A stretch of DNA of 64,000 bases, from contig NIVC01000822.1 of NCBI GenBank assembly GCA_002269645.1, positions 310,805 to 374,804 on the forward strand. Reading direction: 5' to 3'. Every line of letters starts with the position of its first letter. Position 1 is the stretch's first letter. The position numbers and the translations under genes were made by a program. Below the pieces are notes generated by a model. It saw nothing but the letters and a program-made list of their open reading frames with translations. It was not told the origin of the DNA and did no database searches. This stretch comes from Macrostomum lignano (lineage: Eukaryota). Below, piece after piece: positions 48,281 through 61,025 of the stretch.

Positions 48281-49225
48281 ATTGGACAAGAGTCCAGTTT
48301 CTCCGTAGGACAGTTTAATCCGGACAGATTCTGTATTTTCAATGTCGACTATTGACTTCTTTTTCAGCCAAAAGCTCCTCTCGAAATTGTTTGTTTGTCT
48401 TACTGTAATTTAGATGCTATTTTGATTTTTTATATGCTCTTAGTTATCTAATTGTGCTCGACTTTGAAAGTTGCGCAGGTCTTTGTTCAATCTCTGTCCT
48501 TTTGCACTTAGAATTTGCTTATGCTGTGCTGTAAGCTTGCGTTAAAAATGCTGCTTATAATGTTACCTAATAGTTTTATTCAATTTCTATACATTAAATT
48601 GCGCTTTGCTGTTGAATAACTTTAATAAATTTCAATTTGTTTCGACAGATCCACAGTATATCGACCAGTGTTTTTCGTTAATATTCGTTTGTAAAAACGT
48701 AGAATTAAAATTTCTTTGCTGAGCTTTAGAAATCTCCTTATTTTATTCTGTTGCTACTTTAAGTAGTTGGGCAGTGCGGCGAAAATTCTACTGTTCGCCA
48801 GTGAAGTGGGGCAGGTAAGTCAGTGCCTCTTCGCCGGGGTAATGCAAGCCACCTGGGCGAACTCTCTCTTGTAATTAAACGCAGAAGCTGCCGTTTGGTC
48901 TTTTCTGCTTTTAGAAGAGCGCACTTGAAGTCTTGATCGATCCGCCCGCTCCCCTTGGCAACTGAAACCTGAAGGTGGGGATGCGGATTCGTCAGGATCC
49001 TGCGCTGCGTGTGGCCTCGGGGAGTTTCTGCTTTTTTGTGCACAGCAGACAATCTCCATTATCCTTGATGGAGTTTCAATCCGCTGATAGAGGTGTATCA
49101 TAAACTGCATTGCCAGTGCAGGCCAGCTTCTTAAGTAGCTTTAGCAGGTGGGAATAGACATTTGATAGATAGTTTATGCTCTGTAGGTTATAAGTAGATA
49201 GGCAGGCAAATAGGGGAGAGTCGTA

Positions 49226-49585
49226 GGCCGTAGTCTAGCGGTCTAGCGCGGCGCTCTGATATGCCAGCGGTCCCAGGCTCGATTCCGAGTGCAGTCACAT
49301 TAATCTGAGGCTAAATTGGAATCTCGGCTTGGCTCTGCTCGTGCAATTAGCGCCCTTGAAGGCCCACCCCCATGGCGCAGTGAAGTGTACATGCCTAGCG
49401 ATAAATAAAGTTAGGGCCGCTGTACACTCCTGTGTGAGTGTGCGTATGACTGCGTACGTATCCGCGCGCTTGTGTGCCTGCTCAGGGGAGTCGGCGGAAT
49501 GGGCAGTAATGCCTCTCTCCGGTTGTGCGACAATGTCGCTTGAAGTGCGCCAGGGTGCACAGAGCATCCCTGTCTCTAATAAAAA
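49226..49585 (+). mobile_element. tRNA-derived SINE, copy 2
   Basis: GGCCGTAGTCTAGCGGTCTAGCGC...GGCTCGATTCCG...AATAAAAA; colinear with the reverse complement of 1426-1792. Confidence 0.85.
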
Positions 49586-49586
49586 C

Positions 49587-50270
49587 TAGGTAGACAGGTA
49601 GATAGATAAGCAGATAGGTAGGAAGGTAGATAAATAGGCAGGTAGATAAATAGGCAGGTAGATAAATAGGCAGGTAGATAAATAGGCAGGTAGATAAATA
49701 GGCAGGTAGATAAATAGGCAGGTAGATAAATAGGCAGGTAGATAGATAGGCAGGTAAGATAGGTAGGCGGATAGACAGGTAGATAAATAGGCAGATAGGT
49801 AGGAAGGCAGACAGGTAGATAGGCAGATGGGTAGGAATTGGTAGATAGGTAGGAAGGTAGATAGGCAGATAGGTAGGAAGGTAGATAGGCAGATAGGTAG
49901 GAATTGGTAGATAGGCAGATAGGTAGGAATTGGTAGATAGGCAGATAGGTAGGAATTGGTAGATAGGTAGATAGGTAGGAATTGGTAGATAGGCAGATAG
50001 GTAGGAATTGGTAGATAGGCAGATAGGTAGGAATTGGTAGATAGGCAGATAGGTAGAAATTGGTAGATAGGCAGATAGGTAGGAATTGGTAGATAGGCAG
50101 ATAGGTAGGAATTGGTAGATAGGCAGATAGGTAGGAATTGGTAGATAGGCAGATATGTACAAGGTACGCAGGTAGATAGGTAGGCAGGTAAGATAGGTGT
50201 ATAGAAATGCAGATGGGTAGGAAGATAGGCAGGTAATGTAGATAGACAGACATAGACATAGGTAGTTAGA
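49587..50270. repeat. Compound TAGG/TAGA/CAGG microsatellite with 16- and 20-nt higher-order units
   Basis: Direct inspection. Confidence 0.9.
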
Positions 50271-50769
50271 TACATGTTGTAGCTAGATGTAAGGTAAGAC
50301 GGACAGACAGCAGATCGCCATGTTACAGACGCCATGCATTGTCCAAGACTTCGGTATCCAGTTCCAACCAGGTTCCCGACCGCAGAGGTTCGGGAATAAC
50401 CAGCCGTTTCGAAAGACTGCTGTTATTCAGCTATCAGAAGTCGTAAATTGAAGCGTTTCCGCTGGATTTTAGCACAGCTGAGCTGATAAATTAGGCGCTC
50501 GTAATCAGGCGGTGCTGATCGATAAAAAATATCCTTGAATTCAGCCTGAAATCAGCTTGTTAGGGCGCTGCCGCCCTGATATGCAGGCCGATTCTGGGGT
50601 GCCTTGAGCAATAAATGCCAATTTAATATTTGGATAAAAGTTGCGCTTCACCTGTTTTATGGGCGAAAATCCGTTTTTGTGCTGTGTCTGCGCCTAAAAA
50701 TCTTGTCTATCTGCCTATCTATGTCCGTCTGTCTATCTATGTGTCTGGCTATGTGTCTATCTGTGTCTG

Positions 50770-50806
50770 TATATCTATCTATCTATCTATCTATCTAACT
50801 AACTAA

Positions 50807-50853
<47 letters not shown>

Positions 50854-50888
50854 ACTATCTAACTAACTATCTATCTATCTATCTATCC

Positions 50889-50925
<37 letters not shown>
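50770..50925. repeat. (TATC)n microsatellite
   Basis: Direct inspection. Confidence 0.95.
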
Positions 50926-50927
<2 letters not shown>

Positions 50928-51619
50928 CGCAGAGGAATCGCCAATCAGCAGACCAAGCACATTTCCCAGCACGGTCCTCAATCGATGGAACACCTTATTG
51001 AATCAGTTGCTGGGCGCAGAAAATCAGTGGAGTTTTATTGCTCCAATCGCAACAATCCCCTTGTCGCCAAGGCGGCTCTTCCACAGCTGCGGGACATTGC
51101 AGGAGCGGCACAGCGTTTGGTATTTGGCAAATAATCCGATTGTTAAAAGCAGAGCCGGGCAGCCGAAGCAGAAATTCGGCCAGTCAACTTTCATTAGTAT
51201 GAAATGGAATGAAACCGCGACTTCTGTTCTCTTTGCCCTCCTTGCTTCATCGCCTGCTGCTTTAACAGTTCCGCCATCGTGGCAGTGTATTGAGTGCGTG
51301 CCGGTCCTTATCGATGCTCCACATCTCCCTGCAATGTTCAAAACCTTGGCTGGATGTCCTGATTAGCGGTTTTTCAGCTTTATGTATGCGTACCACCGAA
51401 TGCCCGACTTCTGCAACTAAAGAACTGGCGCCCTGCTGCCGATATGTATCGAAAACTTATTCAAATCATATTTACATCGAGTGCGGCTGAATTAACCGGA
51501 TTTATTTAGGATGCTGTCAAGGACTACTAGACATTCCAGTGGTGCTTGGATATTGTATGAGTACTTTAAAACTGCAGTAGTGCTTCAGGGACTTTATTAG
51601 AGAAACTTTAGCGACCCAC

Positions 51620-52160
51620 TTCAGTACTTCAGGAGAGATTTCAGTAACCCACTTCATGACTTCAGGAGAGACTTCAGTAAGCCACTTCAGAATTTTTGAG
51701 AGATTTCAGCTCCCACACCTCAGGACTTCAGGAGAGACTTCAGCTCCCCACTTGCGGGCTTCAGGAGAGACTTCAGCTCACCACCTCAGGACTTTAGGAG
51801 AGACTTCAGCTTCCACACTTCAGGACTTCAGGAGAGATTTCAGCTCCCCACCTCAAGACTTCAGGAGAGACTTCAGCTCCCACTTGCGGGCTTCAGGAGA
51901 GACTTCAGCTCCCCACTTGCGGGCTTCAAGAGAGACTTCAGCTCACCACCTCAGGACTTTAGGAGAGACTTCGGCTCCCACACCTCAGGACTTCAGGAGA
52001 GACTTCAGCTTCCACACATCAGGACTTCAGGAGAGACTTCAGCTCCCACACCTCAGGACTTCAGGAGAGACTTCATGAGAGACTTCAGCTCCCACACCTC
52101 AGGACTTCAGGAGAGATTTCAGCTCCCCACTTTATGACTTCAGGAGAGACTTCAGCTCCG
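51620..52160. repeat. ~33-36-nt minisatellite CAGGACTTCAGGAGAGACTTCAGCTCCCCAC
   Basis: Direct inspection. Confidence 0.9.
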
Positions 52161-53319
52161 TATTTAAAGACGTCAGCACTGGCTCCGCAACAGCCCGCAG
52201 CCTACCAGGCTTAAGAGGCATTAAACCAGAGAATCGCTTTGATCGCGAAAGAATCTTAAGATAACAGGCAGAGCCAAGATCGAGGGCTGGGGCGGCAGGC
52301 CCGGCAACATTTGAAAACGAGGCTTATTGATGGCTGGCTCGCTGACGGAAACGGGCAGTCGAAGCTGTGGGGGGGGGGGGGGGTTAGCGCTCTCCTCCTG
52401 CAGGCAGATAAGACAGACGAAAGATGGAAGGGCGAGAATGCGAGGAGGGAAGGCTGCCCCCCGCCCTTAAGTCTGACTTTATCCGGCAGTCCAAGAACTT
52501 AATCCCGGGTTTTTCTGTTTGTTTAAGCGGAATAACCGGGATGTATCTATCTGCCTTCAGCTGTTGCTAGGTAGGGCTTATATGTCTCTCCTGCCTGCGT
52601 TATTTATGCTTTTCTGTTTGCTTCTTTGTTTGAAAAGCTTTGGTAGGCTAGCGAATTCTAATGAAATAGAGTAGGGACGATCGTGTGACAAACAGAGTGA
52701 CAAACAGAGTGACAAACAGAGTGACAAACAGAGTGATAAACAGTGTGACAGAAAGACAAACAGAGTGACAAGCAGCTCAAAAATGAGAATAATTACTTCT
52801 GAGAGTGACAAAAGTGTGACAATGAGAGTGAAACTATGCTAGCAAGAGTCCAAATCCCAAAATCTGAACTTTTGCACCAAACAGCTCAGCATAGAGGCGA
52901 TAAAGAAGCCATCAGTCGGCAGGATGCGGGTGTCTGGTCGGGTCGCATTTTGCCGGCCGCTCATCAGAGGCTCGGACGCAACTGTCCCGGGCTCGTCAGC
53001 CAGAGCTCCGTTTCCTAGAAATGCCGCCGCTATTTCTTAGAAAAAGTAGGCCACTAAAGATAGCGGGAAAAGGGGTTCAACGAGAGTGCGACCTCGCGCC
53101 ACGTTGTTTGGATGCTTGGCTTGGCTTGTTTTAGTCTTCCTGAAATCGGGCGGCCCAAGATTGACAGAAAATTTGCGGTGCAGCTGAGCTGCACTTTGAA
53201 ACAGTTGATGCTGGCGCCTCCTGTAATTGGCTTGCACCCAAGCATATTCCATAGTGGCTTCTGCCTGCTTTTAACTTTATTGTTGAGACAGTGAGTTAAA
53301 ACTCACAGTTAAGACAGTG

Positions 53320-54450
<1,131 letters not shown>

Positions 54451-55029
54451 TTCCCCAATTCTAGAATAGCTTCTCGAAGTACTCGTACTTTGCCAGCCTT
54501 CTTCAGACTCAATATAACGAGTCTGCACAAGAAAGTTTACCAGTAATTCAATTGCTGACTGTCTGCCCCAGACAAGTCTGCCAATTTATGAGTCACCGTC
54601 ATCACCATGCATTTCGTTTTCAAATTTGACGCAACAGAAATTGGACAGTTCAACGCAAATTATAGTTGTTTCAACGGCTGCTGCTGCAGGATTTATTGCC
54701 TTCTGCCTGCAGACTCTTTGAGGTGGCTTCATTGCTGCAGGATATGCTTGTGCGCAGCAGCAGCAGCAGCAGCAAGCCGTACAAGAGTTAAAAAATCGAA
54801 TGAAAAAGCAGACAGAAGTACAAAATTTTACAGTGGAGAAGACAGATGGGACCAAAGGTGTTCAAGCATTCAGTCCTGTCCTTGAGCATAGGTGACGAAG
54901 TCTGCACTTTTCACAATGCTCAGCTTCACTCTTCACTCTCTGCCACTCGCCAAGTATAACAGGCGCGTACTTCTTCTTTTTAAGAGTTGCCTGGTCTGAT
55001 TATCAGGAGTTCGTTCCTCTCACTCCTCT

Positions 55030-55200
55030 CCATGCGTCACTCTCACCCTGTGTCACTCTCACCCTGTGTCACTCTCACCCTGTGTCACTCTCACCCTGTG
55101 TCACTCTCACCCTGTGTCACTCTCACCCTGTGTCACTCTCACCCTGTGTCACTCTCACCCTGTGTCACTCTCACCCTGTGTCACTCTCACACCCTGTCAC
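55030..55200. repeat. 16-nt minisatellite TCACTCTCACCCTGTG
   Basis: About 10 units. Confidence 0.95.
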
Positions 55201-56044
55201 TCACCCTCTGCCATCCTTCCGCTCATTCTCACCTTCTATAACCTCCACTTGAACATCTCTCCTGTCCTGCCCCAAGCGTGACTTACCAGTACCAAACAGT
55301 TATCAAGGCAAGAGGCATCTGTGGCTTTTTGTAAATTTTCATCAAAATCGCAAAGCACTGTTAGTTTTAAAAATTTCACAGCCCCAGAATCCAGACAGTC
55401 CCCCCACCCAGTCACCCTGCAGCCAAGGAAAACCCCTGGCTTACTTTAAAAAAACTAATTGAACAAAATCTCTCCACAGGATTCGGGCCGGAGGCGCTGG
55501 CTTGAATTTCTCAGTTCGTGCCTTCGCATGGCAGCTGGGCAGCCTCTCTGGACCATTCATCATCACCCGCCCACCCCCAGCGCCTCGATAATGAAACCCG
55601 AAGCTAAGAAAGATGAAGAATCAGAACAAAACAGAAAATACCTCTCTACAAGCGAACGGAGGCTTCCGTCTTGTCTGGCAGCAAAAGAAGCCGACAGCCC
55701 AAGCAACCCTCAGGTCCCGTCTGGTTATCCGTCTGTCTGCGATTCGCGGAGACCCCGGCTGCCCGGTGCTCTGATAAATTGCTTCTAGGAAACCATCCCA
55801 GCAGTTCCGCCGGCTTTTAAGTGCAAAAATTGCCCGCTTCTAAAAGCAGTTGTAAATTCTGCCATATTCGGCGACCACTTGAAGCAGCCTCGGAGCCACT
55901 TTAAAGTTTTTTACGTTGAAATTGCTACTTAGGTTGCAATGCGCTTCTGCTGTCTGCTTTGACTCCGGACTGTTGGGGGCTTAGCGTTTGGAAATACGGA
56001 ATCTCTTTAGTGTTTCCCTGTCTGGTGGATAAAAGACTTCCGTA

Positions 56045-58675
56045 AGGAGTTCAGTGGGTCGAGCAGTTCCGTGGGTCAAGGAGTTCCGTGGGTCAAGGAG
56101 TTCAGTGGGTCAAGGAGTTCAGTGTGTCAAGGAGTTCAGTGGGTCAAGGAGTTCAGTGGGTCAAGCAGTTCAGTGTTTCAAGGAGTTCAGTGGGTCAAGG
56201 AGTTCAGTGGGTCAAGGAGTTCAGTGGGTCAAGGAGTTCAGTGGGTCAAGGAGTTCAGTGTTTCAAGGAGTTCAGTGGGTCAAGGAGTTCTTTGGGTCAA
56301 GAAGTTCAGTGGGTCAAGCAGTTCAGTGTTTCAAGGAGTTCAGTGGGTCGAGCAGTTCCGTGGGTCAAGGAGTTCAGTGGGTCAAGGAGTTCCGTGGGTC
56401 AAGGAGTTCTTTGGTTCAAGGAGTTCCGTGGGTCAAGGAGTTCAGTGGGTCGAGCAGTTCCGTGGGTCAAGGAGCTCAGTGGGTCAAGGAGTTCCGTGGG
56501 TCAAGGAGTTCCGTGGGTCAAGGAGTTCTTTGGGTCAAGAAGTTCAGTGGGTCAAGCAGTTCAGTGTTTCAAGGAGTTCAGTGGGTCGAGCAGTTCCGTG
56601 GGTCAAGGAGTTCCGTGGGTCAAGGAGTTCTTTGGTTCAAGGAGTTCCGTGGGTCAAGGAGTTCAGTGGGTCGAGCAGTTCCGTGGGTCAAGGAGTTCAG
56701 TGGGTCAAGGAGTTCAGTGGGTCAAGGAGTTCCGTGGGTCAAGGAGTTCTTTGGGTCAAGAAGTTCAGTGGGTCAAGCAGTTCAGTGTTTCAAGGAGTTC
56801 AGTGGGTCAAGGAGTTCAGTGGGTCAAGGAGTTCAGTGGGTCAAGGAGTTCAGTGGGTCAAGGAGTTCCGTGGGTCAAGGAGTTCCGTGGGTCAAGCAGT
56901 TCTGTGGGTCAAGCAGTTCAGTGTTTCAAGGAGTTCAGTGGGTCAAGGAGTTCTTTGGGTCAAGGAGTTCAGTGGGTCAAGGAGTTCAGTGGGTCAAGGA
57001 GTTCTTTGGGTCAAGGAGTTCTTTGGGTCAAGAAGTTCAGTGGGTCAAGCAGTTCAGTGTTTCAAGGAGTTCAGTGGGTCAAGGAGTTCCGTGGGTCAAG
57101 GAGTTCAGGGGGTCGAGCAGTTCCGTGGGTCAAGGAGTTCAGTGGGTCAAGGAGTTTAGTGGGTCAAGGAGTTCCGTGGGTCAAGGAGTTCAGTGGGTCA
57201 AGGAGTTTAGTGGGTCAAGGAGTTCAGTGGGTCAAGGAGTTCCGTGGGTCAAGGAGTTCCGTGGGTCAAGGAGTTCAGTGGGTCAAGGAGTTCAGTGGGT
57301 CAAGGAGTTCAGTGGGTCAAGCAGTTCCATTGGTCAAGGAGTTCAGTGGGTCAAGCAGTTCCATTGGTCAAGGAGTTCAGTGGGTCAAGGAGTTCCGTGG
57401 GTCAAGCAGTTCAGTGTTTCAAGGAGTTCAGTGGGTCAAGGAGTTCCGTGGGTCAAGCAGTTCAGTGGGTCAAGGAGTTCAGTGGGTCAAGGAGTTCTTT
57501 GGGTCAAGAAGTTCAGTGGGTCAAGCAGTTCAGTGTTTCAAGGAGTTCAGTGGGTCAAGGAGTTCAGTGTTTCAAGGAGTTCAGTGGGTCAAGGAGTTCT
57601 TTGGGTCAAGAAGTTCAGTGGGTCAAGCAGTTCAGTGTTTCAAGGAGTTCAGTGGGTCAAGGAGTTCAGTGTTTCAAGGAGTTCAGTGGGTCAAGGAGTT
57701 TAGTGGGTCAAGGAGTTCAGTGGGTCAAGGAGTTCAGTGGGTCAAGGAGTTCAGTGGGTCAAGCAGTTCCATTGGTCAAGGAGTTCAGTGGGTCAAGCAG
57801 TTCCATTGGTCAAGGAGTTCAGTGGGTCAAGCAGTTCTTTGGATCAAGGAGTTCAGTGGGTCAAGGAGTTCCGTGGGTCAAGGAGTTCTTTGGTTCAAGG
57901 AGTTCCGTGGGTCAAGGAGTTCAGTGGGTCGAGCAGTTCCGTGGGTCAAGGAGTTCAGTGGGTCAAGAAGTTCAATGGGTCAAGGAGTTCAGTGGGTCAA
58001 GGAGTTCCGTGGGTCAAGGAGTTCCGTGGGTCAAGGAGTTCAGTGGGTCAAGGAGTTCAGTGGATCAAGGAGTTCAGTGGGTCAAGGAGTTCCGTGGGTC
58101 AAGGAGTTCTTTGGTTCAAGGAGTTCCGTGGGTCAAGGAGTTCAGTGGGTCGAGCAGTTCCGTGGGTCAAGGAGTTCAGTGGGTCAAGGAGTTCAATGGG
58201 TCAAGGAGTTCAGTGGGTCAAGGAGTTCAGTGGGTCAAGGAGTTCAGTGGGTCAAGGAGTTCTTTGGGTCAAGAAGTTCAGTGTGTCAAGGAGTTCAGTG
58301 GGTCAAGGAGTTCTTTGGGTCAAGAAGTTCAGTGGGTCAAGCAGTTCAGTGTTTTAAGGAGTTCAGTGGGTCAAGGAGTTCAATGGGTCAAGGAGTTCAG
58401 TGGGTCAAGGAGTTCTTTTGGTCAAGCAGTTCCATTGGTCAAGGAGTTCAGTGGGTCAAGGAGTTCTTTGGATCAAGGAGTTCAGTGGGTCAAGGAGTTC
58501 CGTGGGTCAAGGAGTTCAGTGGGTCAAGCAGTTCTTTGGATCAAGGAGTTCAGTGGGTCAAGGAGTTCAGTGGGTCAAGGAGTTCTTTGGTTCAAGGAGT
58601 TCAGTGGGTCAAGGAGTTCAGTGGGTCAAGGAGTTCAGTGGGTCAAGGAGTTCAGTGGGTCAAGAAGTTCTGTGG
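56045..58675. repeat. 17-nt satellite GGGTCAAGGAGTTCAGT, about 155 units with variants
   Basis: Direct inspection; explains all long ORFs in this interval. Confidence 0.97.
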
Positions 58676-59309
58676 GTCCTTTTTAGCTGAACTACTCAAA
58701 CTTTAAACAGTCAAGCTAAAATCGAACTCAGGACGACGCTGTACAGCCGATGCAAGCGATGCACACAAAAAGTTAGCCAACAAGTTTTTGTTGTTCATTT
58801 TTTATTTTTCAGCGCATTCCAATTCTGATTGCCCTTCAGAGTGGCTTGTAAAAGCAGTCTTGCAGCTAAGTGGAGCAAAACAGCATCACGGCCAGCGCTG
58901 AAACGCCCACCAGCGGCTTCAGGACACGAAGGTCAGGCCCGAGTCTGCCAGTGATTAGTCACAGCCGACCGGGTGCAGCCACTGCCCGCTTGTATTTTGC
59001 GGAAGTGCGACTTTCACAATGAACATGCAAGTCGGCTCCGCTTTGCTGCGCTGCCCGAATCAGAGCCAGACTTTTTTCTTGAGGCCCGATCCCCCGGTCG
59101 GAGCGCATTCCTCAGCTGTGATCTATCGGCACCCTCTTCAGCCGCGCACCCACAGCTTTTATAACCCTCCATGCAGCTGTCTGAGAGGCCCGGGCACGAG
59201 GGACTTCCTGATGCATTCCTGACTGTGTGCTGGCGCCCTGCCGCTGCCGTGGCTGTCTGCTGCGGATCCACCGGAGCTCAGAGATCTCCGAACGTCTGCC
59301 TCCGGCTTC

Positions 59310-59815
59310 TCGTCTTTTCTCCTCTCTTATCATTCCTATCTCATCTCTCCTCTCTTATCACTCATATCTCATCTCTCCTCTCTTATCATTCCTATCTCAT
59401 CTCTCCTCTCTTATCACTCATATCTCATCTCTCCTCTCTTATCATTCCTATCTTATCTCTCTCCTCTCCTCTCCTCTCCTCTCATCTCATCTCCTCTCCT
59501 CTCCTCTCCTCTCCTCTCCTCTCGTCTCCTCTCCTCTCCTCTCCTCTCCTCTCCTCTCCTCTCATCTCCTCTCCTCTCCTCTCCTCTCCTCTCGTCTCCT
59601 CTCGTCTCCTCTCCTCTCCTCTCCTCTCCTCTCCTCTCCTCTCATCTCCTCTCCTCTCCTCTCTTCTCTCTCATCTCCTCTCCTCTCCTCTCCTCTCCTC
59701 TCGTCTCCTCTCCTCTCCTCTCCTCTCCTCTCCTCTCCTCTCATCTCCTCTCATCTCCTCTCCTCTCCTCTCTTCTCTCTCATCTCCTCTCCTCTCCTCT
59801 CGTCTCCTCTACTCT
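59310..59815. repeat. (CTCCT)n pyrimidine-rich microsatellite
   Basis: Direct inspection. Confidence 0.95.
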
Positions 59816-60486
59816 CCACAAAGCAATTAAACAAAACAATTTTATTGTGTTGTCATTCTCGAAGATTTGTGTACAGGAAGCAATATAATTAATGATTTTT
59901 ATATTTTTTACAGAGGTTCCGGAGTTTCGAAAACACGAGAAAATCAGGGCAGAGTGTCAGCAATGAAACTTATTGCAAGCCGTGAGGTTGAAAATGATTC
60001 AATAAATATCGTTTCATCAGTTAAAACAAATATTATTGCTTTAAGTTGAAGCAAATAAGACGGTCACTTCAGCGAGGATCTCACAGCTGAGCAAGAAATG
60101 ACTGAGCTTGAGATAATTTATGGACAGGTGCTAAAAGTCTACATTAAAATTCTATAATTATAAAGTTAGCAGTCAAAGCCAGTGGACGAATACGTTAAGA
60201 GCAAATGATTTGTGCAAATTAAAGTTGCGGTCGGTGATTTGAGAGTCCAGTTAAACAAAATTGGCCTTATTAATTCAAATGATAATTTCTAGGAACTAAC
60301 TAGTAACTTAAAGTTTTCAAAGAAAAATGAGCAGTGATTTTTTGTTAAACTTTATTATCCAATTTAAACTTATTTGATTGATAATTGGTCTCCACTCTGC
60401 AAAGAGTTATTCTACTAAACATATTTAAAATTTATACTCAAAGTATAACAACTTCCTAGTGAAGTCCTTTTTGGATTCTAGGCAGC

Positions 60487-60976
60487 TCACACGTAGTTCT
60501 CAATGGCCTCCATGTTGGACTCGAGGTGCGGCGTCAGCGGCGACGCCACGAAGGTCGGCTGCTGCTGCAGGCTGTGCAGAGCGGCGCCGATGTCCGACAG
60601 GCCGCCGTTGCCGGCAACGATGCGAAATCGCCGCCGCCGCCACCTCCGCCGCCGCTGGGGAACGCGAAGGCCGTCTCAGCGGTGGCGCTAGTGACCGGCG
60701 GCGCCGAAGAAGCGCCAGTTGCTGCTGGCGTTGACGTCGCAGCCGCACTGGAGGTCGCCGGGATGACGCTGAAGCCGCTGCGGCTGCTCGCCAAGGAGAT
60801 GCGGCTGCTGTACCTGATCAGCTCCGTTGCGCCCGCCGGAGTCTCCGACTGGACCAGGTCGGGCGTCAGCATCCTGCCGTGCTGCTGCTGCGGCTGCTGG
60901 CTGTTCAGGAGCCGTTGCTAGTGCCGTTAGTCGCTGGCGGGAGGCGGCGGCGGCAGCTGCCATCATCAACATGTGG

Positions 60977-61025
<49 letters not shown>

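Noticed and set aside
49226-49300. tRNA-like sequence as a tRNA gene (also 1720-1792)
   Set aside because: It has A/B boxes but no convincing cloverleaf and continues into a shared 300-bp body with a poly(A) tail and TSD, so it is a SINE head.
54620-54860. Possible polyQ exon (AAGYACAQQQQQQQAVQELKNRMKK)
   Set aside because: In-frame stop just upstream, no recognisable domain and no linked exons.
56054-58706. 872-aa, 549-aa and 480-aa ORFs of SGSRSSVGQGVQWVKEF repeats
   Set aside because: A 17-nt satellite read in all three frames; no evidence of coding.
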